A DNA stretch of 64,000 nt, from IMG/VR virus record IMGVR_UViG_3300032289_001637, positions 1 to 64,000 of that record; one strand, given 5' to 3'. This DNA comes from a virus. Positions within the stretch are counted from its first letter, which is position 1. Every line of letters begins with the position of its first letter. Made by a program: the position numbers and the translations under genes. Below are positions 35,144 to 45,412 of this stretch, in pieces. The notes beneath the pieces are model-generated. The model was not told the origin of the DNA. It saw only the letters and a program-made list of their open reading frames with translations, and made no database searches.

Positions 35144-38100
35144 TAATTTACTTCTTTCAATGTAATAGTTCCTTCTTTTGTTTCACCAAAATTAATTTTT
35201 GCTACTTTTCCAGGCTGACATTTCATATATCCAGTAGAAAACATTGTTGGGAATACCATTACAGCAGTCATTTCTCTTGAACTATCAGCAACAATCATGT
35301 TAGCCATTCTTTTTCCAGCCTTAGTAACTCTAGGAGTAAATGATAGCACAAAGTGTTCATCATTTGCAAATGGTATTTGCTTATAGTTTAAAAACTTTAT
35401 AAGTGGATTTTCTTTATGCTCTTTTAATTCATCAATTGGAATTGCTTCAGAAATTCTATTTGCACCTGCAAGAATTAAATAAGTTCTTCCTGGCTCAATT
35501 TTAGTCTCTTCTTCATCAAAGATTCCAATGACTCCAGTAGAGTCCATAATTTCTACTCTTGACCAGCCCTTGCCACGCTTAATATTTTTTGCAATACCAA
35601 GTAGTACAAAGACACCCTGTTCATCAAAGTCTTCTACAAGATCTATATATGCATAGTAATGTTGTGGGACACTTGTATTTAATTCTGGAAGATTTAGATA
35701 CTCATAAAGATTATCTCTAACCTTTGCCTCATCTCTTGGATTATCTTCAAATGTTAGTGCACCAATAAGATCTAACGCTTCTACTGCTCTTGAATTTATT
35801 CCACTACCTTTTTGAATAGCAAATTTTTTAAATTGATCTTTGGATTCAAAAGGTCTTCCAGCAATGATCTTATTTGCAACACCCTCAGAAAGCCATTTTA
35901 TTGCAGCAAGTCCAAATCTAATACCCTTACCTTCAATTTTAAAATCTGAATCAGACTCATTGATATGTGGAAGCTTTAGAGACAATCCCATACGCTTAGA
36001 CTCAATTAAATACTCAGTACGAGTATCACTATCCTTTTCACTTTTTAACAACGAAAACATAAATTCAATAGGGTAGTGGTACTTTAGCCAAGCGGTCCAA
36101 TAGGACAGTGTTGAGTACGCAACAGCGTGAGACTTATTAAAAGAATAACCAGCATGTGCTTCAAAATCATGCCATAAATCTTTTGCTCTAATGCCAATAT
36201 GCTTTTCTGCATTGTTAACAAACTTATCTTTAAATATGTCAAACTCTTTAGCATCTTTTTTCTTACCAATAATTTTTCGAACTTTGTCAGCTTCAACCAT
36301 TGTCATTCCGCCAAGAACTACACAAGCTTGCATAACTTGTTCTTGATACAAGACACAACCATAAGTATCTTTTAGATAATCATTCATAGAAGGATGAATA
36401 TATTCAACCATCTCCCTGCCGTGCTTACGGGCAATGTATGACTTTCCAATTGTATTCATAGCACCTGGACGAACAAGAGCATTTGATGCAACAAGTTCAT
36501 CAAAGTTTCCAACTCTCATTTTAACTAAAAGATTTGTATATGGAGTTGCTTCACACTGGAAAACACCCTTTGTACGCCCCTCAGAGAGCATCTCAAAGAC
36601 TTTCTTGTCATTTAGGGGTATCTGCTTTAGATTTATATCTGTTCCGTGGCGTTCTTTAATTGTTTTAATAGTCTGATCAATTACAGTAAGAGTTTTTAGA
36701 CCAAGTACGTCAAGCTTAATTAGCCCAATTTCTGCAGCCTCTTCCATGTCTACTGCAACTACTGGAATTCTTTCTTTACTTCCTGGAGCAATTCGTGTTT
36801 CAAGTGGAGCGTACCTAAATATTGAATCTTTTGCAGTAACTACACCTGCAGCATGGATGCCAGTACCACGAATTCTTCCACGAAGTTGCTCTCCGTATTT
36901 AACAATTTCAGGATACTTCATTCTAAACCACTGAGCATTAGTTGACCTTGTAAAGTCATCCCAACTATCTACACCTTTAAGAACTTTATTAACATCGTTA
37001 AGAGGAATATTAAATGCTCTAGCAACATCTCTTACAACACCCTTATCTTTAAATGCCAGAAACGTAGCAATAGAAGCAACATTCTTATATTCACGCTCAA
37101 GGTATGCTTTAACTTCATCTCTTCTATCGTCTGCTATATCAGAGTCAATGTCAGGAAAATCATCTCTATCTGGATTAATAAAACGGAAAAACAGAAGACC
37201 ATATTCAATCGGATCAATTTCTGTAATTCCTAATGCATAACAAACCAAAGAACCTGCTGCTGAACCACGACCTGGACCAACCATGATTCCCTGATCTTTT
37301 GCCCAGTTAAGCATATTATGAACAACCAAAAAATATGGTGAAAAGTTTTTACTTTTAATAACATCAAGTTCTAAGTTTAATCTATCCAAATATTCTTTAT
37401 TTTCAGAAAGACCTTTTAAAACTAATCCTCTAGATGCAAGTGCAAGAAGTTCTTCATTTGGATTCTCAACTTTTATTGGAAGAAGATCTAAGTTACTTTT
37501 AATAGTATATTCTTCTATCTTGTTTGCAATCTCAACAGTATTTTCATAAATATCTTCACGCTTAATTCCCTGCTGTTGCATTGCTGATTTTATTTCTTCA
37601 TAAGAAAGCAAGTGAATATCAAAACTTCTAAAAGACATCATTCTATCTTCACCATATAAATAGTCAAGTCTTTTCATAGGGTCTTCAATTTTTGATGCCT
37701 TGTCAAAAGTTGCTTCCTTATTTAACTTAGCGTGAGTATTAAGAAGAAGCATCATTTCTTGAATTACCTTTTGACTCTTGTCAGAGTGATGGCAATCAGG
37801 AGTTACAACTGGCTTTACGTCATAAATATCAGCCATCTCAAGCAATTCTTTATTTAATTCTGCAGAATTGTGTGGCATAACCTCTACATAAAAATCGTCA
37901 CCAAAGGTTTCTTTAAACCATGTCATGTGTTTTTTTGCAGCAGCATATTCTTTATACTCAATTGCTTTTGCAAGAAGTCCACTCATACATGCTGATAAAA
38001 CTATTACACCCTCTTTATACTTTGATAGAATTTCAAAATCAATTCTTGGCTTTCTATAATATCCTTCAGTCCAAGCAAGTTCGTTAAGCTTATTTAAATT

Positions 38101-38412
38101 TTCTAATCCCTTATCATTTTTTGCAAGAAGAACAATATGGTTATAAACCATATCAAGTGGTTCAATTCTTTCAGACTTATCTCTGTTATCAAATCTATCT
38201 GCAGTAATATATCCTTCTATACCCAAAATTGGCTTAATGCCATTTGCTTTTGCAGCTCTATACATAGGTCTATGACCAGACAGAACGCCATGGTCAGTTA
38301 TTGCAATTGCTGATAGTCCAATTTCAGAAGCACGTTTTGCATACTCTTCTGGAGTTGCAACACCATCCATAAGGGAGTAGTGTGTGTGAACGTGTAGTGG
38401 AACGTAAGTCAT
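35143..38412 (-). CDS. dnaE: DNA polymerase III alpha subunit
   Basis: PHP HVHTHYSLMDG/TDHG, GRGSAAG, PDIDSD, HAAG, KLDVLGL, YSFNKSH. Confidence 0.95.
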   Translation of the reverse strand: MTYVPLHVHTHYSLMDGVATPEEYAKRASEIGLSAIAITDHGVLSGHRPMYRAAKANGIKPILGIEGYITADRFDNRDKSERIEPLDMVYNHIVLLAKNDKGLENLNKLNELAWTEGYYRKPRIDFEILSKYKEGVIVLSACMSGLLAKAIEYKEYAAAKKHMTWFKETFGDDFYVEVMPHNSAELNKELLEMADIYDVKPVVTPDCHHSDKSQKVIQEMMLLLNTHAKLNKEATFDKASKIEDPMKRLDYLYGEDRMMSFRSFDIHLLSYEEIKSAMQQQGIKREDIYENTVEIANKIEEYTIKSNLDLLPIKVENPNEELLALASRGLVLKGLSENKEYLDRLNLELDVIKSKNFSPYFLVVHNMLNWAKDQGIMVGPGRGSAAGSLVCYALGITEIDPIEYGLLFFRFINPDRDDFPDIDSDIADDRRDEVKAYLEREYKNVASIATFLAFKDKGVVRDVARAFNIPLNDVNKVLKGVDSWDDFTRSTNAQWFRMKYPEIVKYGEQLRGRIRGTGIHAAGVVTAKDSIFRYAPLETRIAPGSKERIPVVAVDMEEAAEIGLIKLDVLGLKTLTVIDQTIKTIKERHGTDINLKQIPLNDKKVFEMLSEGRTKGVFQCEATPYTNLLVKMRVGNFDELVASNALVRPGAMNTIGKSYIARKHGREMVEYIHPSMNDYLKDTYGCVLYQEQVMQACVVLGGMTMVEADKVRKIIGKKKDAKEFDIFKDKFVNNAEKHIGIRAKDLWHDFEAHAGYSFNKSHAVAYSTLSYWTAWLKYHYPIEFMFSLLKSEKDSDTRTEYLIESKRMGLSLKLPHINESDSDFKIEGKGIRFGLAAIKWLSEGVANKIIAGRPFESKDQFKKFAIQKGSGINSRAVEALDLIGALTFEDNPRDEAKVRDNLYEYLNLPELNTSVPQHYYAYIDLVEDFDEQGVFVLLGIAKNIKRGKGWSRVEIMDSTGVIGIFDEEETKIEPGRTYLILAGANRISEAIPIDELKEHKENPLIKFLNYKQIPFANDEHFVLSFTPRVTKAGKRMANMIVADSSREMTAVMVFPTMFSTGYMKCQPGKVAKINFGETKEGTITLKEVN

Positions 38413-38433
38413 TTTAACCTTTCAGTTGTATAG

Positions 38434-38458
38434 GGTGGGGGAGTATTTCTCCCCCACC
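38434..38458 (-). terminator. GC-rich hairpin between the ssDNA-binding gene and dnaE
   Basis: GGTGGGGGAG/CTCCCCCACC, no U tract. Confidence 0.55.
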
Positions 38459-38462
38459 ACTT

Positions 38463-39113
38463 TTACCAGTCTACAGAAGTAGATACAGATGGATTGTCAA
38501 AGCCAAGATAGAAAGACTCTTGTTCAGCGTAAGGAACTTCTCTTACAACTGCCTCAAGATCTGGAACCTCATGCTTGGACCAATCAAACTTTTCTTCATC
38601 CTGCTTAATTGGAATTAGAATATAGGTTGTCTCAGTTCCCTTACCATTTCGCTTTAGCTTCCATGTCATGTTTGAAAGACTTTGAGAATCTTGAACATAT
38701 TCACGAATTGTATCAAATGTTGCAGACTTTGCAACACCCATGCTCCATACAGCAATGTATGGTTCATTAGATCCATCATCAACTAGAACATTTATGTAAA
38801 AACGAAGACGTGATCTCCAACCTGCCTTCATGTCTTTTCTGTGCATCTCACAACCAAAGCAGCGACCTTCGCTTTCAGCAGAACAAGCTGCCTTACGCTT
38901 ATAGTCCTTTGGGTTTGTATGTTCAGAAACAACAATAGCTAGACCATTTTTTTCGTCATAGCTTGGCGAGTCTCCATCAAGTTCATTTACAAAACGAACG
39001 GATACACTCTGATTATCTTCTAGTTTTAGCCACGTTACTCGTGGACCATTATTTTCAAATTTTGGCTTATCTAGCATTGCTTCGATATTTTTTAGCCCTT
39101 TTACAATTGCCAT
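38463..39113 (-). CDS. Phage ssDNA-binding protein (gp32-like)
   Basis: L.DNQSV.VRF, H..C..C..C, KRNGKG.ET.Y, tail ending in DW; lies between primase and polymerase. Confidence 0.6.
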   Translation of the reverse strand: MAIVKGLKNIEAMLDKPKFENNGPRVTWLKLEDNQSVSVRFVNELDGDSPSYDEKNGLAIVVSEHTNPKDYKRKAACSAESEGRCFGCEMHRKDMKAGWRSRLRFYINVLVDDGSNEPYIAVWSMGVAKSATFDTIREYVQDSQSLSNMTWKLKRNGKGTETTYILIPIKQDEEKFDWSKHEVPDLEAVVREVPYAEQESFYLGFDNPSVSTSVDW

Positions 39114-39155
39114 AATATTTCTCCTAATATTTTGTCCTATAGATGAACAGTTGTA

Positions 39156-40109
39156 CTATTGTAACACATTTGCTATTAGATCGTCAAATTGTGAAACAAA
39201 CTTTTTTAAATCTTCATCTGATAAGTCTGATACATCTTTTACTGATTCTGGAAGACTTGCATTTATTGCACTTGAACCAAGTATGTTAGATAGCTTTTTA
39301 GCCATTTCTTTTCCAGCATCATCGTTATCTCCTAAAATAATTACATTATTAAAATACTGTTTTAAAAGTTCTCTCTGCTTACCTGACACAGATGCTCCTA
39401 AAGTGGCTACAGCGTGTGCTCCTACTTGTTCTAGACGTATTGCATCAAAAGATGACTCTACAACAAATACCTTATCAAATCTTTTTGCTCTAAATAAATT
39501 AAACATTGTCTTTGCTTTTGGAAGTCCTGGAGTATTTTTAAACTCTTTACCCTCTACAGACCTACCAACAAATCCTAAGCACATGCCATCTGGAGAGTGA
39601 ACTGGTATTGTAACCATGTCTTGGGATTCAGAGTATCCAAGTAGATACCTTTCAACACTTTCCTTTTTTATTCCTCTACCAAGATAGTACTGGGCAGCCC
39701 TTTGTGAATTAAGTGCAGAAACATTTAGTCTTTTAATTAATTCATTATCAAACTCTACAAACTCAGGCTTTTTATTAAGCTTTGATTCAAGGCTTTCAAT
39801 AAAATTAATACTCTCTGATTTAGAATCAATCATTCTTGCTGATTCAAAGTATGATCTTTTTGTTACATGCATTATTACTTCAATGAGTGAATGAGATTCT
39901 TGACATCCAAAGCAGTAAAATAATCCGCTTTCTTTTGAAATTTCTGCAGCAGGAGATCTATAATTATTATGATATGGACAAAAAATTATGAAGTCAGACT
40001 CTACTTCGTATACTACATCAATTCCTGCAGCTAACAGACTTCTTCGGACTTGATCCTCTGAGTAGAAGTAGCCATTACTGGCTTGTTTTTGTCTATCCCT
40101 GATATACAC
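39156..40109 (-). CDS. dnaG: DNA primase (CHC2 Zn finger + TOPRIM)
   Basis: CPYH..CFGC, VES.FD, GDNDDAG. Confidence 0.88.
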   Translation of the reverse strand: MYIRDRQKQASNGYFYSEDQVRRSLLAAGIDVVYEVESDFIIFCPYHNNYRSPAAEISKESGLFYCFGCQESHSLIEVIMHVTKRSYFESARMIDSKSESINFIESLESKLNKKPEFVEFDNELIKRLNVSALNSQRAAQYYLGRGIKKESVERYLLGYSESQDMVTIPVHSPDGMCLGFVGRSVEGKEFKNTPGLPKAKTMFNLFRAKRFDKVFVVESSFDAIRLEQVGAHAVATLGASVSGKQRELLKQYFNNVIILGDNDDAGKEMAKKLSNILGSSAINASLPESVKDVSDLSDEDLKKFVSQFDDLIANVLQ

Positions 40110-40342
40110 TCTGCTGTTCTCTTTCCTACATATACGCCATATATTGATATTTCAAAATTAAATGTCTTACCATTATAACTAATTGTAAAGTCTGTGTCAA
40201 TATCATATCTTGGAACATATCCATCAGATCTCATTCCAGCGACTATCATGCTATAGTACTGCTCTTTAAGTCTTATAATATGAGAGTCATCATAAATCTC
40301 ACCATCAAGGCTAAACTTTTTTATTGACTTATGAGCGTACAT
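40031..40342 (-). CDS. Hypothetical protein
   Basis: Leaderless TGaTATAAT-7 nt-ATG. Confidence 0.7.
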   Translation of the reverse strand: MYAHKSIKKFSLDGEIYDDSHIIRLKEQYYSMIVAGMRSDGYVPRYDIDTDFTISYNGKTFNFEISIYGVYVGKRTAECISGIDKNKPVMATSTQRIKSEEVC

Positions 40343-40374
40343 ATCATCAATTATATCAATGGAATTAACTAGTT

Positions 40375-41589
40375 TTATTCAAAATCCTTATAAATAAAGC
40401 GACCTGAGTCAAAATCAATATCTACCATAAATTCACCACAGAATCCATGACGGTTTTTTCTAAATATACATTCAAGAATTGTACTTCCAGTAGCACGACC
40501 AAGAGCTAGTACCCAGTCAGCATCATAGGCTAATTGCTTTGACCACGCTACTTGACCAAGAGACGGAACACTATTCATATCAGTTGCATCATCAGGTGTA
40601 GCAGAAGCAATCGCAACAATTGGTACTTGAGAAGAAATTGCAAGAACCTTTAATTCTCTAGATATATTCTTAATCTTTACAACTTCATTATCATTTCCTT
40701 GATTTGAATTCATCAATTGAATATAGTCAACAAATACAACATCAGGGGAATATTGATCTATTTTTCCTCTAATGACAGAAGGAGACACATCTGCAAGACC
40801 ATCATTAGAGATTATATAAAATGGTGGCTTATCTTTTAAGTTTTGCTTAGCCCAATTTTCAAAACCTTCAATATCAACTATTCCTGCACTTAGTTTTCTA
40901 TGCGAAAAATATCCCTCAGCCATGATTGTGTAAACACGATTTCTAACTTCTTTCTCTGTCATTTCAAGAGAAATTATTAAAGGTTTCTTGCCAGCTTTCC
41001 ACGCTTGTACAGCCATAAAAATAGCAAGCCAAGACTTACCAATGGCAGGGTAAGCAAGAAGAATACCAAATTGACCAGGAGCAATACCACCAGGTAGATA
41101 GTTATCAAAACCTGCCAAGTTTGTTCTAACACCGTGTATACCTTTTTCACTTAACTCCTTAATATGTGTAAAGTGTGCAGAAGCATCCTCTACATCTGTT
41201 GCATCAATGTCTCTTACATCAGAGCTAATTCTTTTAAGGTCTGATGTTTTTGAAATTATTGAATTAAGAGCCTCAATTGGTTGATGCTCGTTCAATTGCT
41301 TTGCACTAGTCATTAGTGCATTTCTTAAATTATCTTCAAGGAACTGTATTCTTAATTCTTCTAGGTGATGCTTTGTTGTACCAATTTCACCTACTGGTTG
41401 AAAGTCTCTAAACTTTTCTACCAAAAGTGACTTAGTAGGAACGGTTGAATTTTGCTCATAATAATTTTTTACAAAATCCCAAACATCTTTATGAGTTCTA
41501 AACAAAGTATCTGGATTTGCCTGAAATAGCACATGAATTTGCTTATCATTTAAAACTGCAGATATTACCTTTGCTTCTAAATCAGACAT
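40375..41589 (-). CDS. dnaB: DnaB-like replicative helicase
   Basis: AYPAIGKS, SLEM, FVDYIQL, ISRELK, DAD, KNRHG. Confidence 0.92.
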   Translation of the reverse strand: MSDLEAKVISAVLNDKQIHVLFQANPDTLFRTHKDVWDFVKNYYEQNSTVPTKSLLVEKFRDFQPVGEIGTTKHHLEELRIQFLEDNLRNALMTSAKQLNEHQPIEALNSIISKTSDLKRISSDVRDIDATDVEDASAHFTHIKELSEKGIHGVRTNLAGFDNYLPGGIAPGQFGILLAYPAIGKSWLAIFMAVQAWKAGKKPLIISLEMTEKEVRNRVYTIMAEGYFSHRKLSAGIVDIEGFENWAKQNLKDKPPFYIISNDGLADVSPSVIRGKIDQYSPDVVFVDYIQLMNSNQGNDNEVVKIKNISRELKVLAISSQVPIVAIASATPDDATDMNSVPSLGQVAWSKQLAYDADWVLALGRATGSTILECIFRKNRHGFCGEFMVDIDFDSGRFIYKDFE

Positions 41590-41897
41590 TACCTATTTAG
41601 CCATTCCTTTGCTTGTTCTCTAAGTAGCTTTCTAGCTACATCATCTTCTTCTTTAATTCTTTTTGCATCATAAATTTTATCAGCATTATTGACTAACCAT
41701 TTCCAGGTTGGTGATGCAGAAACGCTGACGTAGTATTCAATTAGATCATAACTTTGCTCTATACCGTATGATTCAATCAATGAGTCTGCAGCCCACTGTT
41801 GAATGTGTATGTTTATATTTTCTTCTTTTAAGTTTTTTTCTTTTGTTATTTTCTTATATCTAGATATTAGTGCAAAGCGATCTTTCTTATCCGCCAC
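41589..41897 (-). CDS. Hypothetical protein (possible helicase loader/initiator)
   Basis: Coupled immediately upstream of dnaB. Confidence 0.6.
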   Translation of the reverse strand: MADKKDRFALISRYKKITKEKNLKEENINIHIQQWAADSLIESYGIEQSYDLIEYYVSVSASPTWKWLVNNADKIYDAKRIKEEDDVARKLLREQAKEWLNR

Positions 41898-42100
41898 TAG
41901 TCCTCTAGTTCTTTCTTAGCTTCTTCAACCTTTTGAATTACTTTGTTTTCTACAAATTGATAAACTCTGTCAAGAGCTTGATCTGTATTTTCTCCGCTAC
42001 GAACAAAGTCTGTAATTCCTAAATCAATTCTAAGACTTTGAAAATTTCCAAGGTTTAATGTATATCCTAGTGTTACTGAAACATTTGTTGTTTCTGACAT
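41897..42100 (-). CDS. Phage hypothetical protein
   Basis: GYTLNLGNFQSLRID pattern. Confidence 0.7.
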   Translation of the reverse strand: MSETTNVSVTLGYTLNLGNFQSLRIDLGITDFVRSGENTDQALDRVYQFVENKVIQKVEEAKKELED

Positions 42101-42109
42101 TTTGGTCTC

Positions 42110-42622
42110 CTACCATGTCTCTTCTTGCCAAGTCGGAATGAAACGCCCATCCGATGTCTTCGTATAAAGCATTATAGCATCTCCCATTCTAGAACGCAAG
42201 TCTTGCTCTGTTAACACGTTTCTAGGGGTAATCTTACCATCTTTTCTTGGTCTACCACCATGTATAGTTGCCATAATATCCCTAATTTCAAAAATATGAT
42301 CTTCAGAATAATAAGCATTAATTTGAAAACCTCTTTCTCCACCAAGACTATCACCAATTGGCTCAGGAATCAAACCATTTGCAATTATTCTTTGAAACTG
42401 TACTCTTGATCTATTTAAAATCCTTGCAGTATTAGCAATTGTGTAAGCCCTTTTTCTATGTTTTTTAAAATCTGAGTACAGCATACTTTGCTCTTTACCC
42501 TGAGTTACATTATAAAAATTAACGATATTGCTACTTTTATTTATATGAAAAACTTTTACAAGCTCTTTGTTTATAAAAAATATTTTTTTACAAGGATTTA
42601 TTTTATCCTGAGGTTGAGACAT
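42110..42622 (-). CDS. HTH (MerR/Xis-like) DNA-binding protein
   Basis: YTIANTARILNR...GLIPEP...YYSE; GRPRK AT-hook-like motif. Confidence 0.6.
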   Translation of the reverse strand: MSQPQDKINPCKKIFFINKELVKVFHINKSSNIVNFYNVTQGKEQSMLYSDFKKHRKRAYTIANTARILNRSRVQFQRIIANGLIPEPIGDSLGGERGFQINAYYSEDHIFEIRDIMATIHGGRPRKDGKITPRNVLTEQDLRSRMGDAIMLYTKTSDGRFIPTWQEETW

Positions 42623-42631
42623 GTCCCCTGC

Positions 42632-43066
42632 CTAAGAACTAATTCTTTCACCAATTGCAATTATTGAAACGTCAGCAGAAAAGTCTCCAGCAGTTGATGA
42701 TGAAAATACATTTACTGTACAAGAGCTTTGAGTAACTCCATTTAGGACTGCATATAAGTTTGAAACTCCAGTTACAGAAGTTACTGAGCACAATACTACT
42801 GGAGTGGTTTTAAATATTCCAGGATATTGGAATGAAGCAGGGGCATTTGGCTGAACGGACAATTTTGCATCAATGATTTTTTGAGTTTCTGCATAGAATG
42901 TTAAATTTGATGTTAACACTTGAGATGGAGTAGACGTATCTCTATATTTAATTTTTGAAAGGCTACTTCCAACCAACTCTGAAACTTTATTTATTTCTTG
43001 AGCTATTCTAAATAAATAAGATATGTCAAGTGGTTGACCTCTATCTGGTAATTCAATTTGTGCCAT
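42632..43066 (-). CDS. Minor tail protein candidate
   Basis: F...PVV and IAIG C-terminal pattern; end of the tail cluster. Confidence 0.55.
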   Translation of the reverse strand: MAQIELPDRGQPLDISYLFRIAQEINKVSELVGSSLSKIKYRDTSTPSQVLTSNLTFYAETQKIIDAKLSVQPNAPASFQYPGIFKTTPVVLCSVTSVTGVSNLYAVLNGVTQSSCTVNVFSSSTAGDFSADVSIIAIGERISS

Positions 43067-43088
43067 CTTTTTCTCCTAGTTAATTATA

Positions 43089-43667
43089 TCAGGTTAGTGA
43101 TACAACGCCTGTATCAAATATTTTAAATAGATCATACACGCCTTGTGCAGATCCAGAAATTCCTAAGTAATTGTCAAACGTTTGCTGATATGCTGATGCC
43201 GATTGAAAAATTCCTATTACAGGAACGTCTTTTAATGCAACAGTTCCAATAACTCTGACTGAAGCAGAGCCATTCGGTATAACAATACTTGTTGTATCTG
43301 AAGAAACTCTATCATGATATTCAAAATTTCCCATATCAAATCCTGATCCCCATTGAACAAATACATCAGTTTCGTGCTGCTTAGAAGCTCCTGAATTATT
43401 ATGAGCTATAGAAGCACTGGTAATTGAAGCAGAATTATAGTTATAAATTCTTGGAGTATCCCAAGTTAGACTTACTTCTTGTAGAGAAATTACTGCAGTA
43501 ACATCTGATTCTAAGGGTCTATACTGACCAATACTTTTAATTATATAAAGTTGAGACCAAGCTGACCATTGGTTTTTATCAACAGATATAATTCTAAATT
43601 GGAAAGCATGATCTCCATTTTTATCTGGTGGAGGTAATTTTTCTACAGGAATTCTTATCTCTGCCAT
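43089..43667 (-). CDS. Minor tail protein
   Basis: Position; FN3-like WSAWS. Confidence 0.6.
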   Translation of the reverse strand: MAEIRIPVEKLPPPDKNGDHAFQFRIISVDKNQWSAWSQLYIIKSIGQYRPLESDVTAVISLQEVSLTWDTPRIYNYNSASITSASIAHNNSGASKQHETDVFVQWGSGFDMGNFEYHDRVSSDTTSIVIPNGSASVRVIGTVALKDVPVIGIFQSASAYQQTFDNYLGISGSAQGVYDLFKIFDTGVVSLT

Positions 43668-44854
43668 TAAGAAACCCCTATACCAAACCTATATTCTACA
43701 TAACTTGTAGAATTTTCTCTCTTTAAAATTGGATTTTTATCTAAAGTTTTTACATACTCACCAGCAACTAAAGAATATAATGGATTATAGCTAGAAACAT
43801 TTTCAAATCTTAAGCCGTCATAAAATACAAAATGTTCTCCAGTTCTAACATTAGAGTCATTATGAATACATGTATAAATTCTTACACCATTTACAGAACT
43901 CCAAGAAAAGTTAGGCTCTGTTGTAAAATCTGACAATTTCCTTGTTACAACTTGATACCTTGAATTATCTAAAGATTTACTTGGATCTAATGCATCTATA
44001 TCTTGAAGTGCAATGTTTACAAAAGCTTTTGATGTAGAATTTCCTGAATTATTCAAGAACTCTAACCTAATTTTAACATTGTCTGGAGCTAATGCATTGA
44101 CTCCTTCTCTTGATAAACTTACTACTGAAAAAGCTAACTTTATTTGATCTGTTGGTAAATTTTTTCCTAAGTTTAAACTAATAGAATTATTTTCAATATA
44201 ATATGAAGCACTACTAGATATATTAATTGAAGCAGAACTTGCTGGCATTGCTGCATTTACAACAGAAGTGCTACCAGAAACGCTTAGACTTCTATTCAAA
44301 TATCTTGGTGGCTCTCCTCTATTTAGTCTATCTGAATATTCAAAAATTGAAGAGTTACTATTTATAAAAACAAAATCGTCCCAGTTTATAGCAAATATAT
44401 CAATATCTCCTACAGGGGAATTTTTAATTGGAACTGGTCCTGCATACAAAACAGTTCCAGAATTATTTAAATTATTAGAATATGCCCATGGCTCTGAATT
44501 AGAAAATGTTGAAATAATTCTACTATCAAAATTTCCAGCTACTGCGTTTGTTGCTGCTGGATATAGTCCAAGTTCAGTAATTTTATACCTTTGTTCAATA
44601 GGAAGTTCTGCTTTAAAAACAATTTTTTCAACATATTCGTTTGCTTGTTGATCAAATTCTTTTAACAAACCTTTTGACAAAATTGGAACTCTTCCTACTT
44701 CAAATTCTAAAGACTGGACACTTGCAGAAAATGTTGCAGAAGAAGATGTTGGATAAGCCTGTCCACCAACACCAATTGCAATATGACTTGCGAATTCTGG
44801 AGCTTGGTTTAAAAGATATTTAGCTACGATATTTTTTCCATTTGTTGTAATCAT
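43667..44854 (-). CDS. Minor tail/baseplate protein
   Basis: IT..GK, IAIG.G, ITELGLY pattern. Confidence 0.65.
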   Translation of the reverse strand: MITTNGKNIVAKYLLNQAPEFASHIAIGVGGQAYPTSSSATFSASVQSLEFEVGRVPILSKGLLKEFDQQANEYVEKIVFKAELPIEQRYKITELGLYPAATNAVAGNFDSRIISTFSNSEPWAYSNNLNNSGTVLYAGPVPIKNSPVGDIDIFAINWDDFVFINSNSSIFEYSDRLNRGEPPRYLNRSLSVSGSTSVVNAAMPASSASINISSSASYYIENNSISLNLGKNLPTDQIKLAFSVVSLSREGVNALAPDNVKIRLEFLNNSGNSTSKAFVNIALQDIDALDPSKSLDNSRYQVVTRKLSDFTTEPNFSWSSVNGVRIYTCIHNDSNVRTGEHFVFYDGLRFENVSSYNPLYSLVAGEYVKTLDKNPILKRENSTSYVEYRFGIGVS

Positions 44855-45411
44855 GATTCCACCTTATATATTGTACCATTTGTGTCTATTTGAATTTCTA
44901 CTTGTTGATTTTTTTCTAAATTAATAAGCTCTATAACTAAATCGCCATTTGTATCAATATAGTAATATCCTTTTTGACGAGTAACTATTTTATTATTTTC
45001 ATCAAGATATTGGTATGTTGAGTTTAAACTTTCTAATGCTATATAGTCTTCTTGAGGTATTTTATCTTGAATATTAATAGTATAAATACTTGTAAGAGGC
45101 TTAAGCTTATCCATAATGCTTAATTGTTTTACTGTGTCATACTTTTTTCTTACTTCAGAAAGGTTAGAAATAATTGAATATTTTTGACTAATGCCTTCAA
45201 TTGTGTCATGTCTTTCAACTTTTGATAGTTCTATTGCAGAAATATTTTCAAATATTAGTTTTTGAATTTGTTCTGCATCAAATTGTGGAACTAAAGAAGA
45301 AATTTCTGTAACATTTCTTGTTGGAGTCCTTACAACACTAGAAGTAGATCCTGTGCTTGTTGGACTAGGATTTGGAGGCATTGGACTACTGCTGTCTATA
45401 TCTGTTGGCAT
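44851..45411 (-). CDS. Minor tail protein
   Basis: Position in the tail operon. Confidence 0.55.
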   Translation of the reverse strand: MPTDIDSSSPMPPNPSPTSTGSTSSVVRTPTRNVTEISSLVPQFDAEQIQKLIFENISAIELSKVERHDTIEGISQKYSIISNLSEVRKKYDTVKQLSIMDKLKPLTSIYTINIQDKIPQEDYIALESLNSTYQYLDENNKIVTRQKGYYYIDTNGDLVIELINLEKNQQVEIQIDTNGTIYKVES

Positions 45412-45412
45412 C

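Noticed and set aside
12756-41589. Bacterial chromosome or host contamination (ftsZ, guaB, recA, dnaE, rfbB)
   Set aside because: These genes overlap or interleave with terminase and phage hypotheticals on one strand at similar AT content, with no dcw cluster or ribosomal context.
28373-41589. Inteins or introns in terL, recA, dnaE, dnaB
   Set aside because: Lengths are ordinary, frames are uninterrupted, and I saw no intein splice-junction or homing endonuclease motifs.
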